Of a DNA stretch of 64,000 nucleotides, positions 10,291 to 20,760 are shown piece after piece. The notes beneath the pieces were generated by a model. That model ran no database searches, was not told the DNA's origin, and worked only from the letters and a program-made list of their open reading frames with translations. The translations under genes were made by a program, and so were the position numbers. The DNA is from Spirochaetia bacterium. GTDB taxonomy: Bacteria; Spirochaetota; Spirochaetia; WTKD01; G963693115. The stretch is taken from contig CBDDCA010000005.1 in assembly GCA_965226055.1 (NCBI GenBank), positions 662,940 to 726,939 of the forward strand, given 5' to 3'. Every line of letters starts with the position of its first letter. Position 1 is the first letter of the stretch.

Positions 10291-11292
10291 TTAGTATTGT
10301 TCTTTGAGTGCCGTGATTTGATCTATTAACAATGCCATTTCAGCATCTTGCTTAAATTCTTCTATGAGAGGTTGTACTTTTTCAAAAAAGGCCTCTTTGT
10401 CCACATTGTCCATAAACTGCACTCCTAATTTTTCTGCTTCCTGTCTTGCTATGGCTTGTTGCTCTTTCCAGAGGATAATCTCTTCGTCTGAGGCAGCCTT
10501 AAATTCGGTCGATATCAATGTTTTAGCATCATCGTCAAGTTTCGCCCATGTTTTTGCTCCTACTATAAGCAAGTCAGGAATAGTGGTGTGTCCATCCATA
10601 GAGTAGAACTTAGCAACTTCACCATGCTTTTGTTCTGTTAATGCTAACATGTTATTTTCTGCACCGTCAACGACCCCTTGTTGTATAGATACATACACAT
10701 CATTAAATGGAATAATGGTAGGTGTTCCTCCTAATAATTGTATCATACGAGTGGCTACATTTGAATTCATCACTCGCACTTTCACGCCTTCTAAGTCTTC
10801 GGGAGTTTCAATAAACTTTGTCTTTGTATAAAAATTTCTTGTGCCTGCATCAAAAAAGGTTATTGGCATAAAGCCTTTGTCTAGAGATGCTTCAAACATT
10901 TCTGCTACAAAATCACTGTTCATGACTGCATAAAAATGCTGATCGTTCTTAAACATATAGGGCAAGCTAAATACAGCATAGTTTTCATCAAACCCTTCTA
11001 AAAAGGAAGCTGATACTTTCATAAAATCTAACAATCCATTACGAACCTGCTCTATCATTTCAGTATCTTTACCGAGAGTGGCATTAGGAAATATTGTAAT
11101 AGTAATTCTTCCATCAGATTTTTCCTTTATGCGTTCTACTGCATTATCCAATGCAATATGTACTGGATGACTCTCCGTAAAGTTATGCCCTAACTTTAAG
11201 GTCATAGTAGCAGATTCCTTTTCACCATTGGCAAAAACAACTGCTGAGAAAAACACACACAATATACCTACTAGGTACATACTTTTTTTCAT
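10291..11292 (-). CDS. dctP: TRAP substrate-binding protein DctP
   Basis: GTRNFY, KVRVM (carboxylate-binding Arg), QQGVVDGAEN. Confidence 0.92.
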   Translation of the reverse strand: MKKSMYLVGILCVFFSAVVFANGEKESATMTLKLGHNFTESHPVHIALDNAVERIKEKSDGRITITIFPNATLGKDTEMIEQVRNGLLDFMKVSASFLEGFDENYAVFSLPYMFKNDQHFYAVMNSDFVAEMFEASLDKGFMPITFFDAGTRNFYTKTKFIETPEDLEGVKVRVMNSNVATRMIQLLGGTPTIIPFNDVYVSIQQGVVDGAENNMLALTEQKHGEVAKFYSMDGHTTIPDLLIVGAKTWAKLDDDAKTLISTEFKAASDEEIILWKEQQAIARQEAEKLGVQFMDNVDKEAFFEKVQPLIEEFKQDAEMALLIDQITALKEQY

Positions 11293-11359
11293 AATTACCT
11301 CCTCATGAAATTAATTGTATTACTATATATAGCATACCATAAGTGAGCATATTTTTCTG

Positions 11360-11402
11360 GGAGTTTGGGGACATGTGTGGATTCAAGGAGTAAGTGCGAC
11401 AG
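11360..11402 (-). repeat. Dispersed intergenic repeat, partial copy
   Basis: Reverse complement TGTCGCACTTACTCCTTGAATCCACA..CCCCAAAC resembles 25340-25401. Confidence 0.6.
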
Positions 11403-11488
11403 CAAAGGGCTTAGCAGGGATTACAGAACAAAAATACTTTCATTACAGACTCTAATATTTTTTTCTACAAATACCTTACCATTCTTAA

Positions 11489-14080
11489 TTATTTCTTATT
11501 AGGAAACAAATGTTGTCGCTTAAACCCTAACTCACTTACCAATTTATCTTTATCTTTATAGCTTATAGTATGCATGCGACAATGTTGAAAAACTATATAT
11601 TTAATTATTTGTTCAGCTGTTTTTGAAAAATTTTTATCTTTATCTTTCATATTTTTTGATATATTAACAATCTGAAGTTCTTTAGAATACCACATCAAAA
11701 TACTATGTTTAATTAAAAAAGATACTGGTGTATCTAAATGATCACAAACTGCACTGATAATATTTCTTAAATTATCACTACCTAAAGAATGTGCTGTTTT
11801 ATGAACAACTCCAAAAATAGTTCCAAAAACAAGATTATAAAATATTTGAATTGCTATTTCTCTTAATTTTTCTTTTGGTATTTCTTTATTTGCTTCCTTC
11901 ATTACCTTGTATAACCTTTCTTTAATATATTCTTGTATATCACTATCATTATCTTTGATAAAATCAATAAAAGAATTTAAAAGTCTTAAATTGGCTTGCA
12001 TGCCTTTTTTACAAATTTCTTCTAAATCTGACTTTCGCAAAGATCCTGAACGATTTTTTATGATTCTTCCCATTACCTCAACAGTTCTGATAGTTTTTCT
12101 AATTTCTTCTGATAACCTATCTTCATCTTCTCCTTGCAAATCTTCCTTTCTGGTATTTTCTACTTCTTGGGAATACTTATCTTCTCTCTGCAATTCTTCC
12201 TCTTTATCCTCTTTTTTAAGTTCTTCTTCTCTAGTACTTTCTACTGTTTCATCATTTCCAGGAAGTACAAACTCAAAGTCTATATATTCATCTAAAAAAC
12301 CTACTTCATCTTTTCTTAAATGAGATGGTGGATATTTCTCAAATAAATTGTCAGCATTTGATAGTATTTTTTGAATAAATTCATCATCTTTTAAGTGATG
12401 AGATATAAAGATAATAATATAAGCATTTTCATTTTTATGGAGATTATCTATCATATTTTCAATATAATTTTTAGATTCAATTTTAGATTCATTTTTATTA
12501 ATACTTTCTGATAAAAATTTAGCCACAAAATAAAAATATATATAATCATAATAAAAACGCGTAGTTCCAAAAGAGCTTTTTACTAATATTTTTGCACTAT
12601 CTAATTTTTGTAATAAAATATTTGGTTTAATAGGGAGATTATACATTTCTTGATATTTTTCTATAAAATCATCCAATTCTTCACCCCCACATTCTTTTAT
12701 CTTTTCTGTTAGAAAAAAATACGCTATCTCTGTCAAAAAATTAAGATAAATATCTATATCTTCCTTTTTAACTTCTTTCCTTAATAAAATATAAATCAAT
12801 GCTTGATAACAATGACCTTGGGAGGTTATATTTGTATCTAATGAATTTTGATTAAACTGACTAAGAATAGTTAATATAAAGAAAGGATACGAAGGGATAA
12901 TACCATTACTGTCTATCACTTTCCCTAGTGTTGTATTGACTAATTCAGTGTTTTTATCTATTTGTTGATATTTTTTATTATCATTACATTGATTATCATC
13001 TGTTAAAGATGACCATTTTTCAATTAATTTATATCTCTGAGAAGGAATATATTCTTTAATCCTAAAATGCTTAAATTTTCTTATCATCTCTTTATTTTGT
13101 ATATTTAACCCAGAAATATCATCTATCACTAAAATAGAAAATCCTCCATACATATTCTCTATATTTTCTATTATTTTCTGTTTATTTCTTGCTTTATGAA
13201 AATCATCTATAATAGGAATAATTCTATCTTTAATTTCTGGAAATTTTAAATCTTCAGATTTATATTGATCATAAAAAGCTTTTTTGATGTTTTGGCTTAT
13301 ATCGGATGTTCGTTCAATATCATTACCATGAATATACACTGGCAATTTCTTTTTATCTCTTAATGTAGTAAATAGCCTTTTACACAGCACTGTTTTTCCA
13401 GATTGATCTTCTCCAATAATTACTATATCTTTATACTCTAAAATATTATCTTCTAAAGTGGAAAATTCTATATCATCTTCCATTTTATCTCTCAAATCAT
13501 CATAACACTCTAATTGAGGACAAACAAAAATATCATCCAATAAGATCTTTTCTTTATTATGATGTGCATTTGTCAAGACTTGCGTATCTTGTAACCATTT
13601 TTCAGAACTATCTGTTACTATAATAGAATTAAATTTTTGCACATATTCAATATGCTTTTTAATAGATTGATAAATATCTTCCCATGCTTTATTTTCATTA
13701 TCAAAATCTGATACAGGCTTTCCATCCGTTGGGACAGCTAACAAATCTTTAAGCTCAGTTACTTTCCATAAACAAGTTGATAGTATGATAGGAATAACAA
13801 TAACACCATTCTCTTTCAATTCAAAAGCTACCTTCATTTCATCTTTACATGCTTGAGATGATAAAAAATTATCAGAAACAAATAATAAGATAATATCAGG
13901 ATTAGTTAACTTTTCTTCAATGATTTTTTGAAATGTTGATCCTGCTAGAATTTCTGTATCACGCCATAGACATACATTATATGTATTTTTTATTGGTTCA
14001 AAATATTTTTCAAAACTACTAATTTTATTCTCATCTTCATGAGAATAACTTATAAAAATTTCTATCTGCTTTTGCTCCAT
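11489..14080 (-). CDS. TIR domain fused to STAND/NACHT-like P-loop NTPase (candidate anti-phage NLR-like protein)
   Basis: IFISYSHED...SDNFLSSQACKDE (TIR with catalytic Glu); Walker A GEDQSGKT; Walker B IIDDF; helical C-terminus; GAAGGA RBS before 14080. Confidence 0.8.
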   Translation of the reverse strand: MEQKQIEIFISYSHEDENKISSFEKYFEPIKNTYNVCLWRDTEILAGSTFQKIIEEKLTNPDIILLFVSDNFLSSQACKDEMKVAFELKENGVIVIPIILSTCLWKVTELKDLLAVPTDGKPVSDFDNENKAWEDIYQSIKKHIEYVQKFNSIIVTDSSEKWLQDTQVLTNAHHNKEKILLDDIFVCPQLECYDDLRDKMEDDIEFSTLEDNILEYKDIVIIGEDQSGKTVLCKRLFTTLRDKKKLPVYIHGNDIERTSDISQNIKKAFYDQYKSEDLKFPEIKDRIIPIIDDFHKARNKQKIIENIENMYGGFSILVIDDISGLNIQNKEMIRKFKHFRIKEYIPSQRYKLIEKWSSLTDDNQCNDNKKYQQIDKNTELVNTTLGKVIDSNGIIPSYPFFILTILSQFNQNSLDTNITSQGHCYQALIYILLRKEVKKEDIDIYLNFLTEIAYFFLTEKIKECGGEELDDFIEKYQEMYNLPIKPNILLQKLDSAKILVKSSFGTTRFYYDYIYFYFVAKFLSESINKNESKIESKNYIENMIDNLHKNENAYIIIFISHHLKDDEFIQKILSNADNLFEKYPPSHLRKDEVGFLDEYIDFEFVLPGNDETVESTREEELKKEDKEEELQREDKYSQEVENTRKEDLQGEDEDRLSEEIRKTIRTVEVMGRIIKNRSGSLRKSDLEEICKKGMQANLRLLNSFIDFIKDNDSDIQEYIKERLYKVMKEANKEIPKEKLREIAIQIFYNLVFGTIFGVVHKTAHSLGSDNLRNIISAVCDHLDTPVSFLIKHSILMWYSKELQIVNISKNMKDKDKNFSKTAEQIIKYIVFQHCRMHTISYKDKDKLVSELGFKRQHLFPNKK

Positions 14081-14200
14081 ACTTTTTCCTTCATTAATAT
14101 TATTAATAAACATTTATACTTATAGTATATTACTTTTACATATTTTGTACAGTGTATATTCCTCACTATCGCACACACTTTATAGTATGCTAAATATAGT

Positions 14201-15241
14201 ATGTCTCGCTCCATTCATATCATCACTTTTATATTCTTTCTCTTAATAATACCATGTACTGCAAAGGCACAGTCTCTGTCTTCCCTTGCTTCTATACTGA
14301 ACAATATAAAAAACAAAGTTGATACTACTTTTCACCTTTCAAGTCTTTCTAGCATTGTTGCTACTCCTATATCAGACAATACTTATTTTAGCTCTCTTAC
14401 AAAGAACAACACAGATATGTTTCACTCTCCACAGCAAAATACACACAGTCAAGCATACAACAACAATCAATATCAGTTTGAAGTATCTATAAATACCAGT
14501 GCTGTTGCAAGCAATCTTTGGTATCTTATGACAACAACCAATCGATTTGATGAAGTACTAACAAAGGAAATGATAGGAGCTAGTACCACAATACAAATGC
14601 GATTAAAGCCTTGGACTCCCCCACTTACGCTAGGGTTTCATCTTGGAAACTTAGCTCTCCGTTTTGATAGTATGCAATTACGTTGGTACAGTATGGGAGC
14701 ACATGTTCACTATACGATATTGAAACAAAATAACACATGGCAACCAACATTTTCCACTATGCTGTTGTACGCCTATTCTTTTTTTGGAATATACTATCCA
14801 CTTTCAACAGTAGAAATTCAAGGAATTGATAATTTGGATAGTGATTTTAGAGTAAAACTTGATACTCCTGCGTTACAGTTTGATGCAAATATACATAGTA
14901 TTGCATGGCGTGTTATTATACATAAAACATGGAATAGCATTACACCATTTCTTTTGCTAGAACCTGCTCTCTATATCAGTGATGTATCAACTGTAACTGA
15001 CGGTATTATTTATTTAAGTGAAGATAAAGGAAAAACATACACAAAAGAGACTTCGCTAAAAGCTATAGCCAGCAACTTCCTCAATAGAAACGGACTGAAC
15101 GATAGTCAATCATCAATAAAAGGGTCCTTGCAACTCATCGGAGGGACTCAGTTTGCTATTGGAGCAACTCAAATGACATTCCAAATTGGGTTTGATTTTA
15201 TCTCTTTTTACAGTACTTTTGGTATTAGTCTGCAACTCTGA
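14201..15241 (+). CDS. Exported hypothetical protein, probable outer-membrane beta-barrel
   Basis: Signal peptide AKA-Q; amphipathic beta strands; ends FGISLQL. Confidence 0.5.
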   Translation: MSRSIHIITFIFFLLIIPCTAKAQSLSSLASILNNIKNKVDTTFHLSSLSSIVATPISDNTYFSSLTKNNTDMFHSPQQNTHSQAYNNNQYQFEVSINTSAVASNLWYLMTTTNRFDEVLTKEMIGASTTIQMRLKPWTPPLTLGFHLGNLALRFDSMQLRWYSMGAHVHYTILKQNNTWQPTFSTMLLYAYSFFGIYYPLSTVEIQGIDNLDSDFRVKLDTPALQFDANIHSIAWRVIIHKTWNSITPFLLLEPALYISDVSTVTDGIIYLSEDKGKTYTKETSLKAIASNFLNRNGLNDSQSSIKGSLQLIGGTQFAIGATQMTFQIGFDFISFYSTFGISLQL

Positions 15242-15265
15242 TACCACTTTGTTATTACTAGTAGC

Positions 15266-16618
15266 TTATCGAAATTGTAATAACCAGTGTAAGCCAATTA
15301 TGTAATGTATAATAGCTGTGCTTTCATGTTGTATGGCATCTGCTTGCCCCCATTCCCCAATGTATTCTTCAATATCTTCCTGTACTTGTCCACTTACTGC
15401 TTTTAAGTCTGCAATAAATTTTCTGACTTGCTCTATAGCAATAAGAGCGTCTTTTTCATGATGGATGATATATATTTTTCCTGATAATTTCCATGGCGTG
15501 ATACTATCTTTTTTTATTTGCTCCCACATACCAGCGTATACAGGGTCCGTAGCATGATTATCAATAAAATTACGCGTATAGGTTTCTGCCATAACCGAAC
15601 TCAGTAAATTGTCTATGTATTTTTCTGTATGGTCTCCACTAAACATATCGACAAAATCTAAGCTCGCATAGGGACTATTATAAATAGTATCGTAGTCTAT
15701 ACCTATATCTATTCCTACATCCTTAAGCGATTTATATCCCTGTAATGTATAAGGGATAAATGCTTCAAGAGATGTTTTTTCAGTTTGCAAAAACGATGTT
15801 AAAAATGTTCGTAAATCATATACACCAGCAGAGCTTACTCCTCCCACTATCGTATATTTAGAAGCATAGTGAGGATCAGTATTAAGTTCACGATATACAT
15901 GGGTAGTAAGCCATGCTCCATGAGAAAATCCAACAAGTACGATTTTCTTTGTGTTAATAGGAATCCCTATAGCTTTATATTCGTCTACTGCTGCATCTAA
16001 GCCTTTTATAATATCTTTTACTAATATCTTAGAATACATAAAAGGATGCATCTTGTCTTTACTCGCTCCTAAGCCTACAAAGTCAGGTTGGTACACAGCA
16101 AATCCAGTACTTGCGGTCAGTAATAAAGGATGCAGGTGCGGATCAAATCCTGATATTGCATCTAAACTAAAATCTCTGTTTTTTGCAAGTACTTCGGTGG
16201 GAGCAAGACTGTTTTCTACTACTGTATGATGCATGGTAACAAACAAAGGCCACCCATCTTCTGGAGGGGAAGCAGTAGGATACATCAACGCAGCACTTGA
16301 CTGTATTGATTCTTGCTTATATGTGCTTTCAAAAACAATATTTTTTGTTTTTACATTATACTTTATTGCTTCTCTTATTGCTTGTAAATGATCGACTGGA
16401 TCATCTGATTTCCAGCTATACTTTCTTGTTGCTAAATCTGCAAAATTGAAAAAAAGCTCAATTTCATCATAATAATATCCTATCTCACCTGAGGAAGAAT
16501 CTTTAGGAAACGAGTTTTCAAAATCAATGCCACAGGATATATATCCTGTAACAAATACTATGAGCAATAGGTACATAGCCATAGAGAACGCAGTTATTTT
16601 TTTATGTACTAATTTCAT
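15266..16618 (-). CDS. Lipoprotein alpha/beta hydrolase (secretory lipase-like)
   Basis: YISC lipobox; PDFVGLG; GFSHG nucleophile elbow; candidate D (KDALI) and H (IQHES). Confidence 0.8.
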   Translation of the reverse strand: MKLVHKKITAFSMAMYLLLIVFVTGYISCGIDFENSFPKDSSSGEIGYYYDEIELFFNFADLATRKYSWKSDDPVDHLQAIREAIKYNVKTKNIVFESTYKQESIQSSAALMYPTASPPEDGWPLFVTMHHTVVENSLAPTEVLAKNRDFSLDAISGFDPHLHPLLLTASTGFAVYQPDFVGLGASKDKMHPFMYSKILVKDIIKGLDAAVDEYKAIGIPINTKKIVLVGFSHGAWLTTHVYRELNTDPHYASKYTIVGGVSSAGVYDLRTFLTSFLQTEKTSLEAFIPYTLQGYKSLKDVGIDIGIDYDTIYNSPYASLDFVDMFSGDHTEKYIDNLLSSVMAETYTRNFIDNHATDPVYAGMWEQIKKDSITPWKLSGKIYIIHHEKDALIAIEQVRKFIADLKAVSGQVQEDIEEYIGEWGQADAIQHESTAIIHYIIGLHWLLQFR

Positions 16619-16713
16619 ACACATATTGTACACTATATTATATAGCATATAGCATTTCTACACTAACGAACAAATAGTGCTACACTATATAAAACACACA
16701 AAGGATACACATA

Positions 16714-17625
16714 ATGAAAGTAAGCGTATTGATTGACGGTGGGTACTTACATAAAATACTCAAAAAATATAATGTACATATTGATGAAAAGGCTATTCAC
16801 ACTATTGTTACCTCTTCTCTTGATAAAAAAGAAATATTACACAAAATAGTATACTATGATTGTCGCCCTTACAAATTTGAAAATGAAGATACAAACGGAG
16901 AAGACACAACGTTTGAAAAAAATAATCAGTTATTAGATACTTTAGCAAAACAAGATCAGTATGTGCTACGTCTCGGTAAACTCATGTTTTTAGGCAGAAA
17001 CGACAAAGGGCATCCTCTGTTAGTACAAAAAGGAGTAGACATTCGCATTGCATTAGATATAGCTCGCATCATTATGGTAGGAAAAATTGATCGCCTTATT
17101 ATTATCACAGGCGATACTGATTTAGTCCCTGCAATGCAAATGGCACGTTCCTATGATATACAAATAGTAGCCATAAATATAGAGCATCTTGCATATGATC
17201 TGTATTCTCATTCAGATTTCGTTCGTACTATTGATATAGAAAAACTTGTCAAAAAGAAAGTATTGAAAAAATTTAAGAAACAAAAGTCACTTCTAGAAAG
17301 TACTATAAAGAAAAGGAATGTAAAATCAAAGCTCATACATAAACCTGCTACTGCTATACCTACAAATAATTCTGAAGATAAAGATACGAAAAAAAAGCTG
17401 AAGATACAACTAAAAAAATCTTCTAAATCTCAGCGTGTCCCTGAGACACATAAGTCATCAGACAGTACCTCAGTAAGTCCTAACCCTAGCAAAAGTAATG
17501 TAGTTAAATCTTTATATGGAGAGAAAATATTACCTGATACTGATGGAGTTACTGATCTACGTCAAAGTACTAAAAAGATAAAAAAAGAACAGAAAAAAAT
17601 TGAAGAAGAAAAACAAAAAAACTAA
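16714..17625 (+). CDS. NYN/LabA (PIN-fold) ribonuclease with Lys-rich disordered tail
   Basis: LIDGGY, YYDC, QKGVD, TGDTDLVP acidic motifs. Confidence 0.88.
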   Translation: MKVSVLIDGGYLHKILKKYNVHIDEKAIHTIVTSSLDKKEILHKIVYYDCRPYKFENEDTNGEDTTFEKNNQLLDTLAKQDQYVLRLGKLMFLGRNDKGHPLLVQKGVDIRIALDIARIIMVGKIDRLIIITGDTDLVPAMQMARSYDIQIVAINIEHLAYDLYSHSDFVRTIDIEKLVKKKVLKKFKKQKSLLESTIKKRNVKSKLIHKPATAIPTNNSEDKDTKKKLKIQLKKSSKSQRVPETHKSSDSTSVSPNPSKSNVVKSLYGEKILPDTDGVTDLRQSTKKIKKEQKKIEEEKQKN

Positions 17626-17802
17626 AATATGCAGCTCCTGTAAAAAAACCAGTAGCATCTCGCAAAGGAAGAGCAAAAACTCCCTATAACAACAAGAGAG
17701 CAAAGCAAACACAATAACACCCTGTATACTCTGTCTACAGAAGATACACCAGATGAGATCACTCCATTATAGTAGCAATATTGTTGTTTTTAAAAGATGG
17801 CA

Positions 17803-18222
17803 TTAAAATACTATGGCATCAATAGCATCGTCTGTATTCTTACTTTGTTTTACAATACGAATAAAGACACGATTTGGCAAGCAGGCTAACCATTCGCCAT
17901 TATTCTGAATAGGGCTAGATTTTATACATATCTTAAGTGGCCCTGGAGAATCTGTAACCGATACTTTCTCATCTTTTATTATTACCGAAGTAACTCCAAG
18001 TGGCCCTTGAAAGCTAAGAGTGGCATTCTCCTGTAACTGATAGATAAATATATCTTGTGCTGTTTTAATTTCTACCTGAGACAGTCCTGTCCCTCTATCA
18101 AAAATAAACAAAGAGAGTATAACAAGCAAAACAAGATACCCTGCTATAATCACTGCATCAAGTGGCTTAACATAGCGTAGCACCTTCAATATTTTATAAT
18201 GTATCGGTATCCTTTTTTTCAT
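17803..18222 (-). CDS. NusG domain II-containing (Lin0431-like) membrane protein
   Basis: TM then GPLG..SPGPLKIC..ACLPNRV. Confidence 0.75.
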   Translation of the reverse strand: MKKRIPIHYKILKVLRYVKPLDAVIIAGYLVLLVILSLFIFDRGTGLSQVEIKTAQDIFIYQLQENATLSFQGPLGVTSVIIKDEKVSVTDSPGPLKICIKSSPIQNNGEWLACLPNRVFIRIVKQSKNTDDAIDAIVF

Positions 18223-19111
18223 TATTTGTAATAGCTGATATTTTTTTAAGAAATTCAGTTTTTTCTCTGCCACTTAAGGAGCTTGCATGTTCTACTATAG
18301 AAGCAATATTTTCATCAATAGTACTAGAAGGAATATCTTGATTTACTGTTTCATGATAGTGGGGGTGAAATAACTGTTTAAGAGCAGGATATTCGTTTGC
18401 ATAAAATTTAGTTGTATGGAGTATATAATCACTAAACGCTTCACATGCAAGAGGACAGATTGTTTGAATAATGTTCATAATTTCCTGTGCATATACACGA
18501 ATTTCATATTGAGCATGAGCATGAAGGCGTAAGTGCAGAAAATGAAACAGATTATGCAAATCTATTTGCCAATACATTTCTGTAAATAAAGCCACAGGAA
18601 GACATATACGTGCAATTTCCCTCGCTATGCCTTTTTCTATTAACTGTTCATAGACAGCGTACGCTTGTTCATACTGTGTACGTAACAAAGCTCTAATTTC
18701 ATCTTGTTCTTGTGCTAACAGAGGAATATCTTCGCGTCCTTGCTTATTATTGGCACTCTGTTTTGTAATGTGTTGCCCCTCAGGAAGATAAAACTCTGAT
18801 GGCATGACACTATAACGTGCAGATATCTCGTTCATCCGTGCAGTACGATGACGTTGCCACTGACGGGCTACAAACAATGGCAATTTCACATGAAATGTAA
18901 ATACAACTTGTTCAAAAGGAGAAGTGTGAGCATTTCGTAATAGATACCGAATTAAGCCTCTATCTTCACGCACTTTTTTCGTGCCTTCTCCATAAGACAC
19001 ACGAGCTGCATTTACAATAGTACTGTCATTTCCCAAATGTGCTACTAATCGTATAAAACCATGATCAAGCACTTTTCTAATAGTATATATTTCTGTGTGT
19101 ATATCGTTCAT
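18194..19111 (-). CDS. thyX: FAD-dependent thymidylate synthase
   Basis: AARVSY, HTSPFE, RHRTARMNEISARY, AQYEIR. Confidence 0.95.
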   Translation of the reverse strand: MNDIHTEIYTIRKVLDHGFIRLVAHLGNDSTIVNAARVSYGEGTKKVREDRGLIRYLLRNAHTSPFEQVVFTFHVKLPLFVARQWQRHRTARMNEISARYSVMPSEFYLPEGQHITKQSANNKQGREDIPLLAQEQDEIRALLRTQYEQAYAVYEQLIEKGIAREIARICLPVALFTEMYWQIDLHNLFHFLHLRLHAHAQYEIRVYAQEIMNIIQTICPLACEAFSDYILHTTKFYANEYPALKQLFHPHYHETVNQDIPSSTIDENIASIVEHASSLSGREKTEFLKKISAITNNEKKDTDTL

Positions 19112-19151
19112 ATCTTTTATGGGGTATTCCCTTATTATACTAAATAATAGA

Positions 19152-19967
19152 TTATACTAAAAATAGCTCCTGCCAAGGAGAGTGTAAAAGAGTGGTACAA
19201 TAATCGTATGCCTCTTCATACTCTTTTTCGGATTGGATAGTAAATACTTTTCTGCATGCATGAGATTCAATAGTATGCTTTGCATGCTCCTCTGTATCTT
19301 GCAACGGAACATCAAATGCCATAAAAAGAAACGGATACCCAAAATTATGCATTGCATGTATCTCAGAGGTAATAATCATAGTGTACTCTTCATCTGAAAG
19401 CTGTTGTTTCTGGGCATGTATGTGCTTCAAAGGATATGGACATACTACTTTCACATTAAAGTCGCTTGCAAGACGCTTTGCATATTCTGTATCTCCTTTG
19501 ATGCCAATAAGCATCATAGTAAAGCGTTGCACAGAAGGAGGCAAATAATTCCAATACAGAAGAGGAGCATTACGAATTTTAGAAGCTGATATATGTATAT
19601 TGTTACGATCAAAGTCAAGAGGGATAAATGTTGCTCCTATATGTTGTGCAAAGTCCCAGCCATAATTTTCAGATGCAAAAAAATATTGAATATCAGCCAT
19701 TATATGTGTAGTAATTTCTTCTGCCCAAATCTTAGGAGCATTAGGGTTCTGTACATTTGCTTCGGGTATTTCTTTTGTAATATGGTGTACCTGTGCTTGC
19801 GGAAATTGTTCTCTTATCCACTTATATCGAAGGTGTCCTGCAATAGGATCATCATGCCGAGAACAGATACATATATGCAAAGAACTACACATAGACAAAG
19901 CAAAATCTATAAGGTAACAGTGCCCTTTATGTAAAGGCATAAAACGACCTAATACTAACCCGTTCAC
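19152..19967 (-). CDS. NadR-like nucleotidyltransferase (NMN adenylyltransferase domain; degenerate kinase part)
   Basis: GRFMPLHKGH, FASENYG, ISASKIR. Confidence 0.75.
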   Translation of the reverse strand: MNGLVLGRFMPLHKGHCYLIDFALSMCSSLHICICSRHDDPIAGHLRYKWIREQFPQAQVHHITKEIPEANVQNPNAPKIWAEEITTHIMADIQYFFASENYGWDFAQHIGATFIPLDFDRNNIHISASKIRNAPLLYWNYLPPSVQRFTMMLIGIKGDTEYAKRLASDFNVKVVCPYPLKHIHAQKQQLSDEEYTMIITSEIHAMHNFGYPFLFMAFDVPLQDTEEHAKHTIESHACRKVFTIQSEKEYEEAYDYCTTLLHSPWQELFLV

Positions 19968-20749
19968 TACAAAAAGTCCTCGTACAGATGCACGCTATTA
20001 ATATATAACATAACGGTAGTTCTTGCTCTATAATAATCAATATAATCAGTAAAAAAAGGCTGAGAAGCAAGCCGTACTCTCCCATATACGATACGAGTTG
20101 CTTGTGGTAATGTATCTTTCATTCTGTTACGTATGGCACTTTGAATTGCATCGTATAATGCATCAATACGAGAATCAGCATATCCATCTTCAATGATGGC
20201 AGAGCCTTCTGCATTATTATTGAGAGAAATGCCTTCTCCTCTACTGTGCAATACTTTCGATCTTTCTTCCCACGATTGCAATAATCGTACTTGCTGATCT
20301 ACAAGATTGTATCGATAAAAAATACGCAGTGTACCATCAAGAATATTTCTTTCAAGCTCAATCAACTGAGTGTTGTATAGGGGAATTTTTGCAACAGGCG
20401 TAATTGTCCATTTCTCTTGCACTTGCCTGCGAGAGTTTGGAGGAGCATATGAAAAATCATAGCCATAAATTGCTCCACTGAACATTTCAATGGCTAAATT
20501 TCTTGCTTTCAATTCACTTTCATTGAGACGCGATACTGCGTTATCATAGGCAGTGCTGTCTTCCTGTAGTGTAGTACTCTCTATGCTTTCTGATAACACA
20601 GTGTCCAGTGTATCTTCTGTTGCTTGCTGTCCATCTTTCAGTATATATGCCCAACTTTCCATGACTATTACCTGTGATTGATACCACTCTGCTGAGATAT
20701 ATACGATAAACACTATTGGTAAGAACAAAAAAGCTATACTTCTTATCAT
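19967..20749 (-). CDS. Hypothetical exported protein
   Basis: Open frame with N-terminal hydrophobic segment, in operon. Confidence 0.6.
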   Translation of the reverse strand: MIRSIAFLFLPIVFIVYISAEWYQSQVIVMESWAYILKDGQQATEDTLDTVLSESIESTTLQEDSTAYDNAVSRLNESELKARNLAIEMFSGAIYGYDFSYAPPNSRRQVQEKWTITPVAKIPLYNTQLIELERNILDGTLRIFYRYNLVDQQVRLLQSWEERSKVLHSRGEGISLNNNAEGSAIIEDGYADSRIDALYDAIQSAIRNRMKDTLPQATRIVYGRVRLASQPFFTDYIDYYRARTTVMLYINSVHLYEDFL

Positions 20750-20760
20750 AAAAAATATAC

